From NCBI GenBank assembly GCA_034661055.1, contig JAYEKO010000004.1, positions 1 to 62,158 of the forward strand: a DNA stretch of 62,158 nt, in the 5' to 3' direction. The notes under the pieces were generated by a model. The model searched no databases. It saw only the letters and a program-made list of their open reading frames with translations, and had not been told where the DNA came from. This document shows positions 37,855 to 49,208 of this stretch, piece after piece. Numbering within the stretch: the first letter of the stretch is position 1; the number at the start of each line of letters is the position of its first letter. The DNA comes from Campylobacterota bacterium (GTDB lineage Bacteria; Campylobacterota; Campylobacteria; Campylobacterales; Sulfurimonadaceae). Made by a program: the position numbers and the translations under genes.

Positions 37855-40431
37855 ATGAATAATATTTTTGAAAAATTAACACATCAGATGACCGAGACAA
37901 TAGAGTCAGCGCTTTCACTAGCACTTCATAACCAAAATGCAGAAGTTGAGCCGCTACATTTTTTTTGGGCGCTACTTACAAACTCTAACTCAGTTTTAAA
38001 TCAAGCTCTAAATAGAATAAATGTAGATAAGAGCGCAATGGAGTTAGATGTTAAAAGTGCCGCATCAAAACTTGTAAAATCATCGAGTGTCACTAAAGAG
38101 AGCATTCGACTCTCTAGAAATTTTGTACTCTCACTAGAGCGTGGTGTAGGTGAGATGACTAAAAATGGCGATAGCTTTTTGGCAGTTGACAGTTACATTG
38201 TCTCTAACAGTACCCAAACTCCATTTAAAGAGATTTTAGAGAAATATATAGATATTAGTAATTTAAATAAATCTCTTGAAGCCGCACGAGCAGGGCAGAA
38301 AATTGAGTCACAAAGTGCCGATGAGACACTAGAGAGTTTAGATAAGTATGGCATCGATTTAACAGCAGAAGCTGCTGAAGGAAACTTGGCACCAGTTATT
38401 GGACGTGATGAAGAGATTGGCCGTATGATGCAGATTTTAATTCGTAAGACGAAAAACAACCCTATCTTAATTGGCGAGCCCGGGGTTGGTAAAACAGCTT
38501 TAGCAGAAGGTCTCGCACAAAGAATTTACAATAAAGAGGTCCCACTTAGTCTGCAGAACAAACGTGTGGTCACTCTTGATATGAGTGCATTAATAGCAGG
38601 TGCAAAGTATCGTGGTGAGTTTGAAGATCGTCTCAAGGCGGTTATTGATGAAGTAAAGCAGAGTGGTAGCATAATTTTGTTTATTGATGAGATCCATACC
38701 ATTATTGGAGCAGGTGCAAGTGAGGGGAGTATGGATGCGGCAAATATTTTAAAGCCTGCTCTTGCTCGTGGTGAGTTACATACCATTGGGGCAACAACTC
38801 TTAAAGAGTACCGAAAACACTTTGAAAAAGATACTGCTCTACAGCGCCGTTTTCAGACAGTAAATGTGGGTGAGCCAAACTTAAATCAGTCACTTCAGAT
38901 TTTACGTGGAATTAAAGAGCGTTTAGAATCGCACCATAATGTAACTATTACCGATGCGGCATTAGTAGCAGCAGCTCGTCTTTCAGATCGTTACATTAGT
39001 GATAGATTCTTACCGGATAAAGCGATTGATCTCATTGATGAAGCTGCAGCAGAGTTAAAGATGCAGATTGAGTCAGAACCGCATGAACTTTCACGTGTCA
39101 AACGCTTAAATCAAGAATTACATGTAGAACAAGAAGCTCTTAAAATGGAGGTAACGCCTGCTAATGAAAAGCGTCTTGATGAGATTGTAAAAGAGCTTGC
39201 CGATGTTGAGGAAAAACAGCGCTCTTTAGAAGCTCAGTTTGGAAGTGAAAAAGAGGTGTTTGACCGTATTGCAGGCATTAAAAGTGACATAGAGTTAGCT
39301 CGTCGAGCAGCTGAAGTAGCCAAAAATAGTGGTGACTTTAACAAGGCAGCTGAAATTGAGTATGGGGATATTCCTAAACTTAATGATGAAGAAGCAAATA
39401 TACAAGAGCAGTGGAAACGTATGCAAGAGCAGGGAACATTGCTAAAAAACAGCGTTGATGAAGACTCTATTGCCGGTATTGTCAGCCGTTGGACACAGAT
39501 TCCAGTCACTAAAATGCTTCAAGGTGAAAAAGAGAAAATTTTACATGTAGAAGATGAGCTTAACAGAGATGTTATTGGTCAAGAACGAGCAACACACGCC
39601 ATTGCCCGTGCTATTAAGCGTAACAAAGCAGGGCTTTCAGATAGTGACCGTCCTATTGGTAGTTTTCTTTTCTTGGGGCCAACAGGGGTGGGTAAGACAC
39701 AAACTGCTAAGACTTTAGCCAAGTTCTTATTTGATTCACAAGAGTCACTTATTCGACTTGACATGAGTGAATATATGGAGAAGCATGCGGTGTCACGTTT
39801 AGTGGGCGCTCCTCCAGGTTATGTGGGTTATGATGAGGGTGGACAACTCACCGAAGCGGTTCGTAGAAAACCTTACAGTGTCATACTTTTTGATGAAGTG
39901 GAAAAAGCACATCCTGATGTCTTTAATATCTTACTTCAGGTGTTAGATGATGGACGGCTTACTGATAATAAGGGTGTAACCATTGACTTTACCAATACCA
40001 TCATTATTTTAACCTCAAACATAGCGAGTGATAAAATTATGAATATGGTAGGTGATGAAAATTTAGAGATTGTCATTATGGAAGAACTCAAAAAGAACTT
40101 TAAACCGGAGTTTTTAAATCGTTTAGATGATATTGTCACTTTTAACCCACTTGGTCAGGGTGAGATTGAAAAAATTGTAAGACTCTTTTTTAATGATATT
40201 GTAAACAAAGTCAAAGATCGTGACATAACATTGATTTTAGAGGAGAGCGCTGTTGCTATTATTGCAGAGGCGGGGTTTGACCCAGTTTATGGTGCACGAC
40301 CACTAAAACGGGCTCTTTATGAGATTGTTGAAGATAAACTGGCTAATCTAATTTTAAGTGGTGAAGTTGATGAAGGAAGTACGGTTACTTTTAAAAGTGA
40401 CGCTAAAGAGATACATGTAGATGTTAACTAA
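37855..40431 (+). CDS. clpB: ATP-dependent chaperone ClpB
   Basis: Two AAA+ modules ([16 protein letters not shown]), coiled-coil middle domain, GARPL. Confidence 0.96.
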   Translation: MNNIFEKLTHQMTETIESALSLALHNQNAEVEPLHFFWALLTNSNSVLNQALNRINVDKSAMELDVKSAASKLVKSSSVTKESIRLSRNFVLSLERGVGEMTKNGDSFLAVDSYIVSNSTQTPFKEILEKYIDISNLNKSLEAARAGQKIESQSADETLESLDKYGIDLTAEAAEGNLAPVIGRDEEIGRMMQILIRKTKNNPILIGEPGVGKTALAEGLAQRIYNKEVPLSLQNKRVVTLDMSALIAGAKYRGEFEDRLKAVIDEVKQSGSIILFIDEIHTIIGAGASEGSMDAANILKPALARGELHTIGATTLKEYRKHFEKDTALQRRFQTVNVGEPNLNQSLQILRGIKERLESHHNVTITDAALVAAARLSDRYISDRFLPDKAIDLIDEAAAELKMQIESEPHELSRVKRLNQELHVEQEALKMEVTPANEKRLDEIVKELADVEEKQRSLEAQFGSEKEVFDRIAGIKSDIELARRAAEVAKNSGDFNKAAEIEYGDIPKLNDEEANIQEQWKRMQEQGTLLKNSVDEDSIAGIVSRWTQIPVTKMLQGEKEKILHVEDELNRDVIGQERATHAIARAIKRNKAGLSDSDRPIGSFLFLGPTGVGKTQTAKTLAKFLFDSQESLIRLDMSEYMEKHAVSRLVGAPPGYVGYDEGGQLTEAVRRKPYSVILFDEVEKAHPDVFNILLQVLDDGRLTDNKGVTIDFTNTIIILTSNIASDKIMNMVGDENLEIVIMEELKKNFKPEFLNRLDDIVTFNPLGQGEIEKIVRLFFNDIVNKVKDRDITLILEESAVAIIAEAGFDPVYGARPLKRALYEIVEDKLANLILSGEVDEGSTVTFKSDAKEIHVDVN

Positions 40432-40450
40432 AAGAGTCAATGACTCTTTT
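40430..40450. terminator. Bidirectional intrinsic terminator between clpB and the MCP gene
   Basis: AAAAGAGTC-AAT-GACTCTTTT hairpin between convergent stops. Confidence 0.7.
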
Positions 40451-42677
40451 AGTGTTTCTTTTCGTTTCTCATGTCATCAAGAGCAGTAAAGAGTTTGTCA
40501 CTTGATGCCTCCATCTCTTTAAAGTTCGAAATGATTTTATCTTCATTCTCAAGACGTCTGTCCTTAGGTGTCATAAAGTCTATGTTGTCATGAACTTTGT
40601 CATGAACTGACTTGTGTGGAGTAACCGATGCTTTATAGGCGTTGGTGTCTCCAAAACGTTCTTTACCGGTAGTCTCGTACCATTTACCTAAGCGACACTC
40701 TGTATGACGTGTAAATGTTTTTGATGTATCGGCATTGACAATGGTGTCGTAAGCTTCTGTTTTAAAGATGATATGATCAATTTTGGCCAGAACAATAAAG
40801 ACACGGTTCTCCATATCTTCAACAAGGTGAGCCATCTCAGTGGCATCCGAGTTAAGTTCACTCATGGTAGCATTAAATGCCTCTACTGATGATGAAGACT
40901 CTTGTGCAAGAGCAGTCATACTCTCAGACTTGTCTAGGACGATGCTAGCCTCTTGTTTCATAGAGTTAATAGATATGGTAATTTCACTAGTTGCTTTTTG
41001 GGTACGTTCAGCCAATTTACGGACTTCATCGGCAACAACAGCAAAACCACGACCATGCTCACCTGCACGTGCCGCTTCAATAGCCGCATTAAGTGCAAGA
41101 AGATTAGTCTGCTCTGCAATATCTTTAATTAAATCAACCACAGAAGTGATTTCATTAGTCTTCTCGTTAAGTCCTTCAATGGAGATATTGCTGTCATTAA
41201 TATGTTCTACAAGAGACTGTAGTTTTAGTAAAATGGCTTCAACCTGCTCCATACTCTCAGTGGATTGATTACTTGTTTTTTGAGTACTTTGATGAACATG
41301 CATCAGCTCTTCAATGACGGTAGCAATTTCACTCTGAATTAGTGTCAGTCCCTCTCCCGTATTGCCAATGCCTAAAACAGAGCCATTAAAAGCGATGACC
41401 TGCTGCTTATGATTGGCATCTTGCATGGCAGCAATTCCACTTTTTACCATGTTAATAGCTTCTGAGAAGTCACCTTTTAATCCATCATCATTAAGGTCAT
41501 AACTAAAGTCATTTTCTGAGGCTGCATGAACAGAGGAGTTGATTCTAGTGGTTAAGTTCTTCATAATAGTGACAAGGGATTGTAGCAGTGCTGTAATCTC
41601 ATCCATTTCGTTACGTACGACACTTCGACGTTCTACTTCAATGGAGAGGTCTCCCTCATTAACTTTTCCAATTAACTCTTTAAATCGGTTAATCGAGCTT
41701 GAGATTGAGTTGGTAATGTTTGTGGTAATGTAAAGAATTAGGCTAAGAACAACCAATGAGGCAATGATAATTGTCATCAGTGTTATTAAGGCTGTAGATG
41801 ATTTTGCATGGGCAGTCTCTATAGTAGATGTTGAGATCTTATCTTCAAGCCATTTAAGTTTGTTGATTTTTTTAGTAATGGTCTTAAACCAGTGTGTTGC
41901 GTCAATTCCAAAGCCGCTCTCTTTAGCAAATGCGATGGTACGCATTGCTTCAACCTCTGCAAATGAGGGGTCACTTTTTGCTTCATCATACCACCCTTGT
42001 GTTTTTTTGTCAGAGAGATGATTAAAAAGATTTAACAGTGTGGTCTGTTGTGCTGCTAACGAGGAGAACTTTGCAAAGTTAGCTCGGGTAAAGGTGTCGT
42101 TTGCAAAAACACCAGAGAGTACAGCCCTCTCAATTCCAGCGCGCTCTTTAGAGCTAATAAAGATTACCATACTATTAAAATTACTGCGTACCTCATTATC
42201 GTGGGGTAGTGTTGAGAACTTAGAAATCATATCTATGATTTTTTTATTAAAAGCGGTATAGAACTTAACAGGAACTTTTGCAGGTACAGACAGCGCGTTG
42301 ACTTTGGAACGAATAGGGGCAATAGAGTCAAAGTCTAGCTCACTCAGAACTAACTTTGAATCACTGTTTTGCTTAGCGTTACAAAATGCTTTTAAGTCAC
42401 GAATCTTTGCATCAGTATCACCCTGTTGTTTAGGAAGAATGTCTCTAAACTTATTTCCTTTGGAACCAATAAATCCAGCACTAGCGCCACGCTCTTTTTG
42501 AAGTTCATGAAGCACGGCACTCATCTTTACAGAGAGCTCAGTAACAGAACTCGCTTTTTTGGCATCTTTATAAGTACTCCATGAGTCGTAGGCAGTCATA
42601 ATGGAAAATACAAATATTACGGTTAAAACGGCAACACTTAAAAAAACAAGCTTTGCCTTAATGGTCATATTATTCAT
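40449..42677 (-). CDS. Methyl-accepting chemotaxis protein with NIT sensor and C-terminal CZB domain
   Basis: HELQKERG and KERAGIERA (NIT), [56 protein letters not shown] (CZB). Confidence 0.92.
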   Translation of the reverse strand: MNNMTIKAKLVFLSVAVLTVIFVFSIMTAYDSWSTYKDAKKASSVTELSVKMSAVLHELQKERGASAGFIGSKGNKFRDILPKQQGDTDAKIRDLKAFCNAKQNSDSKLVLSELDFDSIAPIRSKVNALSVPAKVPVKFYTAFNKKIIDMISKFSTLPHDNEVRSNFNSMVIFISSKERAGIERAVLSGVFANDTFTRANFAKFSSLAAQQTTLLNLFNHLSDKKTQGWYDEAKSDPSFAEVEAMRTIAFAKESGFGIDATHWFKTITKKINKLKWLEDKISTSTIETAHAKSSTALITLMTIIIASLVVLSLILYITTNITNSISSSINRFKELIGKVNEGDLSIEVERRSVVRNEMDEITALLQSLVTIMKNLTTRINSSVHAASENDFSYDLNDDGLKGDFSEAINMVKSGIAAMQDANHKQQVIAFNGSVLGIGNTGEGLTLIQSEIATVIEELMHVHQSTQKTSNQSTESMEQVEAILLKLQSLVEHINDSNISIEGLNEKTNEITSVVDLIKDIAEQTNLLALNAAIEAARAGEHGRGFAVVADEVRKLAERTQKATSEITISINSMKQEASIVLDKSESMTALAQESSSSVEAFNATMSELNSDATEMAHLVEDMENRVFIVLAKIDHIIFKTEAYDTIVNADTSKTFTRHTECRLGKWYETTGKERFGDTNAYKASVTPHKSVHDKVHDNIDFMTPKDRRLENEDKIISNFKEMEASSDKLFTALDDMRNEKKH

Positions 42678-42789
42678 TGGACATCTTTCGTATGTGGATT
42701 TTCTGTCATATTTTATCAATAATTTATGTAAAAGCAACTAAAATGTAATAAAAATATATATGAGTGTGTAATATTGGTATAATAATTTC

Positions 42790-44022
42790 ATGCAAAGCAT
42801 ATTAATGACTATTGAACCTATGTCACTGCTGTTGGGATTTATTTTCGGTATTTTTATTATTGGAGTAGCACTCTACTTTATGCAGGTTAAAATTGAGAGG
42901 CTGTACACACTTCTTTCTCAGAGTAAAAGTGAGAGTTCAGCACTAAAGATGGCACTAAGCAGAGATGAAAAAGCAGCACAAGAAAAGCTTGAACTTCTAC
43001 AGAGTAATAAAGAGCAGATGTTATTGCAGTTTCAAGATTTATCGCAGAGAATCTCTGATGTTCAGAGTCAAAAGTTTGTACTACAAAACACTCAAGAAAT
43101 TAATAAGGTAGTGGCTCCTTTTAAAGAGCAGATAGAGCAGTTTAAAAAACAGGTTAATGATGTCTATGTTAATGAAACTAAAGAGCGTTCTATGTTACAG
43201 CAAGAGCTGCACCATCTTAAAGAGTTAAACCAAAAAATGTCAGATGAGACGCGTAGTTTGACACAAGCGTTAAAAGGTGAAAATAAGACCCAAGGTGTTT
43301 GGGGTGAGATGATATTGGAGAAGGTCTTAGAATCCTCAGGACTACGACTTGGACATGAATATGATAGAGAAGTAAGCCTAAAAAGTGATGATGGAAGTAA
43401 AAAGTATCGTCCCGACGTCTTAGTGCATCTCCCAGATAATAGAGAAATAATCATTGATGCTAAAACTTCATTGACAGCATATGAGCGTTATGTTAGTTCA
43501 CAAACTGACAAAGAGCAGTACCTTAAAGAGCATGTGAGCTCACTAAATTTACATGTAAAACTACTGAGCGATAAAAACTATGTAAAACTTGAAGGTATTA
43601 AGACCTTAGATTTTATTTTTATGTTTGTTCCTGTAGAGAGTGCTTTACTGCTGGCATTAGAAGCAGACGAGGGACTTTATGAGAGAGCTTTTAGAAAAAA
43701 CATTTTACTCGTAGGCCCTTCAACGTTAATGGTCGCACTGCGTTCAGTTGAGAATACGTGGCGGTATGAGCATCAACAGAAAAATGCACAAGCTATTGCA
43801 CACAGGGCAGGGGCACTTTACGATAAGTTTGTGGGTTTTGTAACCGATATGGAAAAATTAGGTGAACAGATTAATACAGTGAAAAAGTCTTATGATGCTT
43901 CATATAATAAACTTCATGACGGTAAAGGAAGTGTAACATCACAGCTACACAAGCTCAAAGAGATGGGAGCTTCAACTTCAAAGTCACTTCCAGACAATGT
44001 GCTTAAAATGATTGAAGATTAA
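42790..44022 (+). CDS. rmuC: DNA recombination protein RmuC
   Basis: KTQGVWGEMILE, RPDV, IDAK, FMFVPVE, VGPSTL. Confidence 0.92.
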   Translation: MQSILMTIEPMSLLLGFIFGIFIIGVALYFMQVKIERLYTLLSQSKSESSALKMALSRDEKAAQEKLELLQSNKEQMLLQFQDLSQRISDVQSQKFVLQNTQEINKVVAPFKEQIEQFKKQVNDVYVNETKERSMLQQELHHLKELNQKMSDETRSLTQALKGENKTQGVWGEMILEKVLESSGLRLGHEYDREVSLKSDDGSKKYRPDVLVHLPDNREIIIDAKTSLTAYERYVSSQTDKEQYLKEHVSSLNLHVKLLSDKNYVKLEGIKTLDFIFMFVPVESALLLALEADEGLYERAFRKNILLVGPSTLMVALRSVENTWRYEHQQKNAQAIAHRAGALYDKFVGFVTDMEKLGEQINTVKKSYDASYNKLHDGKGSVTSQLHKLKEMGASTSKSLPDNVLKMIED

Positions 44023-44273
44023 ATCTCATCTGATATCCAAGCTTCTATGGCCTCAACAAGGTTTTCAAACCCAAAGACACGGCCGACAATGTAGATTTCA
44101 TCGAGTACAAAAACACCGACTTGCCCATTGCTGTCTTGAAGAAATAGAGCCAAGTCGCCATCACGTTCATTGGCAGAGATAACACTCATGCCATCGACAA
44201 TATCACCAACACCAGGTTGGTCATCATACTCTACATGTAAAAGTTTTTTACCATCACTTTGGTACTGTTTCAT
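44019..44273 (-). CDS. Small acidic hypothetical protein
   Basis: 84 aa ORF with AGGT RBS. Confidence 0.7.
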   Translation of the reverse strand: MKQYQSDGKKLLHVEYDDQPGVGDIVDGMSVISANERDGDLALFLQDSNGQVGVFVLDEIYIVGRVFGFENLVEAIEAWISDEI

Positions 44274-44346
44274 GAAATTACCTAGAAAGTTAATATATAA
44301 TAAGGCATTGTACTATGAAGTATCTTAAATTGGAAAAAGTGAGTTT

Positions 44347-44520
44347 ATGTTTGGTTATAAATTAAGTATTAAAGAGAAATTATTTTTGACAATATATATT
44401 GTCCTTTTACTCATAATGTCATATTCTGCGGGAAACTACTATAAGAACTTATGGATTTTTTCTGGAGTATTTTTAATGGGTCTATACACCATGATTATGG
44501 TAATGAGAGAAGACTCTTAA
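44347..44520 (+). CDS. Small two-TM hypothetical protein (not in ORF track)
   Basis: MFGYKLSIKEKLFLTIYIVLLLIMSYSAGNYYKNLWIFSGVFLMGLYTMIMVMREDS*; stop 3 nt before the next ATG. Confidence 0.55.
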   Translation: MFGYKLSIKEKLFLTIYIVLLLIMSYSAGNYYKNLWIFSGVFLMGLYTMIMVMREDS

Positions 44521-44523
44521 AAT

Positions 44524-46191
44524 ATGTTTACTACAATATTAGAGGCACTGACAGGTTTAGGGATTTTTTTATTTGGTATGACCTATATGGAAGTAGCTCT
44601 AAAAGAGTTTGCAGGTGCCAATTTCAAAAAAATTGTTAAAAATTATACCTCTACTAATTTTAAAGCAGTTCTTACGGGAATAACAGCAACTGGAATTTTA
44701 CAGAGCTCATCCGTGGTTACCCTGATGGCACTATCTTTTGTGAGCGCATCTCTAATTTCACTACGGGCTAGTATAGGAGTAATCTTTGGCTCTAATCTTG
44801 GAACGACTGTTACTGCGTGGATTGTAGCACTTGTAGGGTTTAAGCTTAAGCTAGAGCTCTTTGCCTTGCCCATGGTAGGACTTGGTGCACTTTTTTATAT
44901 TTTTCTTGATAATCAATCCAAACTAGCATCTTTTGCAAAAATTATTATTGGTTTTGGACTGCTCTTTTTTGGTCTAGACCTTATTAAGACAGCAGTAGAT
45001 GGTTTAGCTAGCACTATTGATATTGCTGAGTTCAATACTTATCCTCTCGCTTTTTTTCTTTTTTTAGGTTTGGCAATAACGGCTGTTATTCAATCTAGTT
45101 CGGCAACAACAGCAATTATTTTAAGTGCCCTTAGTGTTAATATTATAAGCTTTGAATTTGCAGCGGTGATGATGATTGGTGCAAATATTGGGACCACAGT
45201 AACAGCAATGCTAGGATCTATTGGAGGTATTCCCGATAAAAAGAGAGCAGCGGCAGCACATTTTCTTTTTAATGTCATTACGGCCGTTATTGCTCTTTTA
45301 ATTCTACCTGCTGTAAGCTATTTACTTTTAGTGACACTAGATTTTAGTAGTGATCTTACCATGGCATTAGCACTTTTTCATACCATCTTCAATCTGCTTG
45401 GGGTCTTAAGTCTCTACTTTTTTATTAATAAACTTGCTGATTTTCTTCAAGGGTATTTTCAATGTAAGGAGGTACATGCTACAAAATATATTCACTTGAC
45501 AGATTTAAGCGTGGCTGAGAGTGCTGTTGTAGCATTGAGAAATGAGGGGAAACATCTTTTTCTTAAGTGCATGAAATACACACTACTCTCATGTAATATT
45601 CAAGCTAATGATCTTTTTAAAGAGAGTACCAATATTAAAGAGGTGTTAAAAAACAATAGCCGACTTATTGAGTTTGATCATAAAAAGAACTATCAACAGA
45701 TTAAAAGTATTGAGGCGGACATCTTTAGTTTTGTACAAAAGCTCAATAATCTTGCACTTTCTGAGGAGGACTCTAAAGGGGTTGATCGTATTATGAATTC
45801 AGTTAGAGAGTCAGCTTATGTTGCAAAACTAACCAAAGATATGCGTAACAACTCTGTTCAATTTGTTCAAAGTAATAATAGTGACATACATGAGATCTAT
45901 GAGCAGATGCGATTGAATATGTTGAAATGTTTTAAGCTCTATATTGACTTTATGAGAGAAAATATTAATATGCTGCAACTCAAAGAGCAGTTTGAAGAGG
46001 TGTTAGAAACTAACCGAAATCTGCTGCGAGAGATTGCAACGACATTTAATACAAACAATATTAAGAGTAGTGCTTTGGTCTCTCTTAACAACACAAATCG
46101 TACCCTCTATATTATTTATACAGAACTACTTGACGCATCACCAATTATGACACTTAAACTCGATATTGAAAATGGCGAGGCAGAGTCATGA
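44524..46191 (+). CDS. Na/Pi cotransporter family protein
   Basis: Duplicated QSSS motifs, GSNLGTT and GANIGTT, helical PhoU-like tail. Confidence 0.9.
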   Translation: MFTTILEALTGLGIFLFGMTYMEVALKEFAGANFKKIVKNYTSTNFKAVLTGITATGILQSSSVVTLMALSFVSASLISLRASIGVIFGSNLGTTVTAWIVALVGFKLKLELFALPMVGLGALFYIFLDNQSKLASFAKIIIGFGLLFFGLDLIKTAVDGLASTIDIAEFNTYPLAFFLFLGLAITAVIQSSSATTAIILSALSVNIISFEFAAVMMIGANIGTTVTAMLGSIGGIPDKKRAAAAHFLFNVITAVIALLILPAVSYLLLVTLDFSSDLTMALALFHTIFNLLGVLSLYFFINKLADFLQGYFQCKEVHATKYIHLTDLSVAESAVVALRNEGKHLFLKCMKYTLLSCNIQANDLFKESTNIKEVLKNNSRLIEFDHKKNYQQIKSIEADIFSFVQKLNNLALSEEDSKGVDRIMNSVRESAYVAKLTKDMRNNSVQFVQSNNSDIHEIYEQMRLNMLKCFKLYIDFMRENINMLQLKEQFEEVLETNRNLLREIATTFNTNNIKSSALVSLNNTNRTLYIIYTELLDASPIMTLKLDIENGEAES

Positions 46192-47012
46192 AAAAAACAG
46201 TTCTCATAACTGGCTGCTCGAGTGGAATAGGCTATGACACCGCACACTACCTGCATAGTAACGGTTATAAGGTTTTCGCTACAGCACGTCAACAAGATGA
46301 TGTTAATCGTCTTAAAAATGAAGGGCTTGATGCTTACCTTCTTGATGTTACAAAGATAGATACAATTGATGCTGTTTTAGATAGTATTTTAGAGCAGACC
46401 GGTGGAACCCTCTATGCTCTTTTTAATAATGCAGGCTATGGACAACCTGGAGCAGTTGAAGATATTGAGACCGAGGTATTAAAAGAACAGTTTCTTACTA
46501 ATGTCTTTGGTCTGCATGAACTCACCCGTCGTGTCATTCCCATTATGCGTACTCAAGGATATGGACGGATACTTCAGCATAGTTCAGTCCTTGGTATTAT
46601 CTCTCTGCGTTTTCGAGGAGCTTACAACGCCTCAAAATATGCGGTTGAAGGCTTGTGTGATACATTGCGTCAAGAGTTAGCTGGTAGCAATATACATGTA
46701 ATTACTCTAAATACGGGCCCTGTAGTGTCAGATTTTAGAAAAAATGCCATTAAGATGTTTGAGAAGAATATTGATGCTAAACAGAGTGTTTTTAACGCAG
46801 AATATGCTGTGCAGATGGCAACCTCAGGTGAGAGAAAAGAAGATGATTTTTTTACATGTAAATCTGATGTAGTCATTAACAAAGTAGTTTTGGCTTTAGA
46901 AAAAAAACAACCAAAACCACGGTATTACATTACTTTTGCAACGCATCTTTTGGGAACATTTAAACGCTTTCTACCCACTACAACGCTTGATGCTATTTTA
47001 AAGAAAATATAA
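46188..47012 (+). CDS. Short-chain dehydrogenase/reductase (YbbO-like)
   Basis: TGCSSGIG, NNAG, YNASK. Confidence 0.9.
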   Translation: MKKTVLITGCSSGIGYDTAHYLHSNGYKVFATARQQDDVNRLKNEGLDAYLLDVTKIDTIDAVLDSILEQTGGTLYALFNNAGYGQPGAVEDIETEVLKEQFLTNVFGLHELTRRVIPIMRTQGYGRILQHSSVLGIISLRFRGAYNASKYAVEGLCDTLRQELAGSNIHVITLNTGPVVSDFRKNAIKMFEKNIDAKQSVFNAEYAVQMATSGERKEDDFFTCKSDVVINKVVLALEKKQPKPRYYITFATHLLGTFKRFLPTTTLDAILKKI

Positions 47013-47017
47013 GTTTT

Positions 47018-47046
47018 ACATTCCCAAACTGGAACTTGTGGAGTGT
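47018..47046. terminator. Imperfect hairpin between convergent genes (REP-like/terminator)
   Basis: ACATTCCCAA-ACTGGAAC-TTGTGGAGTGT. Confidence 0.45.
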
Positions 47047-47051
47047 GAGAA

Positions 47052-48545
47052 CTAATAGTTCTCACACGATAACAATTCTCCGGATTCAGTAATAGTACAA
47101 AATTGTGACAATTTACCATCTGCTTTAAATTTAGCTTGATATAGTTCTATATAATCAGTATAAAAATAAAGGTTCATAGAATCTTCATCTATGTGTAAAA
47201 TGTATTCATCAATGTAGTCACCATCAGATATTATGTCATTTTTAAAAGAAGAATATTTCCCATTTTTAATGGTGGCACTTGAATGAAATGTGTCTGTGGA
47301 ACGACTCATACTAATATACGGTTCCTGCAGAACTGTTGTAAACCTTGAATTTGAATCTCCATCAATATTCCATACACGGTTACCTTTGTAATCACCATCA
47401 TCAGTATAAAGGCAACTTACTGTCGCAGGACCAATTTCGATTTGATAGTAAGAAGATTCAGTATAAACAGCTGAACATTGATCATAGGTCAAGTAGTAAC
47501 CTTGCCAATAATCTTCTAAATTATTAGCAAAATTGATGATATGAATAGTTATAACGCCTTCAGGAATATCTTCTGTAGTTGACGGCTCATCAGTCGGTGG
47601 CTCATCAGTAGTGACAGTTTCAATATTCAGTACTTCTCTGATTGCTTCATGTGTTAAGAGAGAATACATAAACATTTGTATTGTATAAGCGTCATCATAG
47701 TCCTTTTTTTGTTCTCTCATCATTGCAAATAGGACTATAACTAGTGCTCTAAAATCTTCATCTGATAAATTTGTTACTTTTTTTGTAGCTACGTTGGAAC
47801 TTTCAAATTCTAAGAGATTGTTGCTATAAAACTTGAAGTTAATAGTCTCATCAGCATTGTATATGTAGGTAATTTTAGTTGTGCCTATTGAAAATTCAGT
47901 AGGATTGCCTTCACTGTAAAGAACTTCAAGAGCTTGACCATCTATATTCCCAACTATAGAATCTTCATAATAGTCCATATAACTGCTGCCATTAGTCTGT
48001 TCAACATGAACTGCAATGTCACCACTGGTTGGATAGGTAACGCTTAGTTGCGGCGTATTTTCATCGCCAAAAGTAATTTTAGTCTTATCACCAGAAACAC
48101 TGTATGGAACATTAATCTTTGAGGAGTAGGCAAAGTTGCCGCTGTCAGTGACTCCGGCAAGTTTATAGACGGCATTACTTCCATTTCCAACTAAAAGCCA
48201 ATCAAATCGGCCGTCGCCATCATTATCCCAGTCACCTAAATAACTCATATACCATGATGCTTCACTTGGAGTGACGGTAACCTGTTTCCATCCAAAAACA
48301 TCCGTAGCAGACGGTTCTTTTCCTTGAAGTTGATAGACGGTACCGTTAGCTGTTGAGAAGGTCCAGTCAAATGCAGTTTCGACTCCAACAAAGTCATATT
48401 GTGCAAATTCACCAGTGACACTTAACTCTTGAGTGCCTAAAAGATGTGCTTGCAGTGCGATGGAGTCAAGGTCTAACTCTTCTGCTGTAACTAGAGAAGA
48501 ACTTAGTAGTAGTGACGACAATGTTAATTTAAAAAAAGAGTTCAT
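47052..48545 (-). CDS. Secreted acidic hypothetical protein
   Basis: Sec signal peptide, GAGG RBS, DWDNDGDGRFD Ca-binding-like loop, TTDEPPTDEP linker. Confidence 0.8.
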   Translation of the reverse strand: MNSFFKLTLSSLLLSSSLVTAEELDLDSIALQAHLLGTQELSVTGEFAQYDFVGVETAFDWTFSTANGTVYQLQGKEPSATDVFGWKQVTVTPSEASWYMSYLGDWDNDGDGRFDWLLVGNGSNAVYKLAGVTDSGNFAYSSKINVPYSVSGDKTKITFGDENTPQLSVTYPTSGDIAVHVEQTNGSSYMDYYEDSIVGNIDGQALEVLYSEGNPTEFSIGTTKITYIYNADETINFKFYSNNLLEFESSNVATKKVTNLSDEDFRALVIVLFAMMREQKKDYDDAYTIQMFMYSLLTHEAIREVLNIETVTTDEPPTDEPSTTEDIPEGVITIHIINFANNLEDYWQGYYLTYDQCSAVYTESSYYQIEIGPATVSCLYTDDGDYKGNRVWNIDGDSNSRFTTVLQEPYISMSRSTDTFHSSATIKNGKYSSFKNDIISDGDYIDEYILHIDEDSMNLYFYTDYIELYQAKFKADGKLSQFCTITESGELLSCENY

Positions 48546-48642
48546 AATACACCTCGTTATTTAATATGCTTATATAAGATGTTATTCCTTTTTGGCTTAA
48601 TAGGTACTTTAAAAGAGTGATTAAAAGTGTATAATATCTATT

Positions 48643-49197
48643 ATGAATAGAAAATATTTAATTGACATTGCCAACAGTGCCATCTTAGAAGAGTTACAGC
48701 AGAAGGTTCTTATTGATAAAAGGGAGCTTTTAAGTAGGCATCCAGAGTTACGTAAAAAAGGGGCAGTGTTTGTCACTTTAGAGTTAGATAAAAATTTACG
48801 AGGATGTATTGGTTCGTTGACTGCTCACCGTACTCTTTTAGACGATATTGTCTCTAATGCCAAAGCTGCTGCATTTCAAGATACCCGTTTTCGTCAATTG
48901 ACTCAAAGAGAGTTTGACTATGATGGTTTTACAATTGAAATCTCACTTTTAAGTGAACCAAAACGATTGCACTATAGAGATGCCGATGATCTTTACAAAA
49001 AAATACGTCCAAATATTGATGGAGTAGTCTTGCAAAAAGATCGATATAGAGGGACCTATTTGCCTCAAGTCTGGGAACAGCTCCCACGACCCGATAAATT
49101 TTTTGCATCACTGTGTCAAAAAGCGGGAATGCGACCGAACTGTTTAGACTTTCATCCTGAGATTTATACCTATAAGGTTGAAAAAATAAAAGAGTAA
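48643..49197 (+). CDS. amrA: AmmeMemoRadiSam system protein A (AMMECR1 domain)
   Basis: GAVFVTL..LRGCIG, AAFQDTRF, TYLPQVWEQLP, LCQKAG. Confidence 0.9.
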   Translation: MNRKYLIDIANSAILEELQQKVLIDKRELLSRHPELRKKGAVFVTLELDKNLRGCIGSLTAHRTLLDDIVSNAKAAAFQDTRFRQLTQREFDYDGFTIEISLLSEPKRLHYRDADDLYKKIRPNIDGVVLQKDRYRGTYLPQVWEQLPRPDKFFASLCQKAGMRPNCLDFHPEIYTYKVEKIKE

Positions 49198-49208
49198 AAG
49201 GAGTTCTT

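Noticed and set aside
44451..44639. 62-aa ORF in the track
   Set aside because: It overlaps the transporter out of frame; the 44347..44520 frame fits the gap better.
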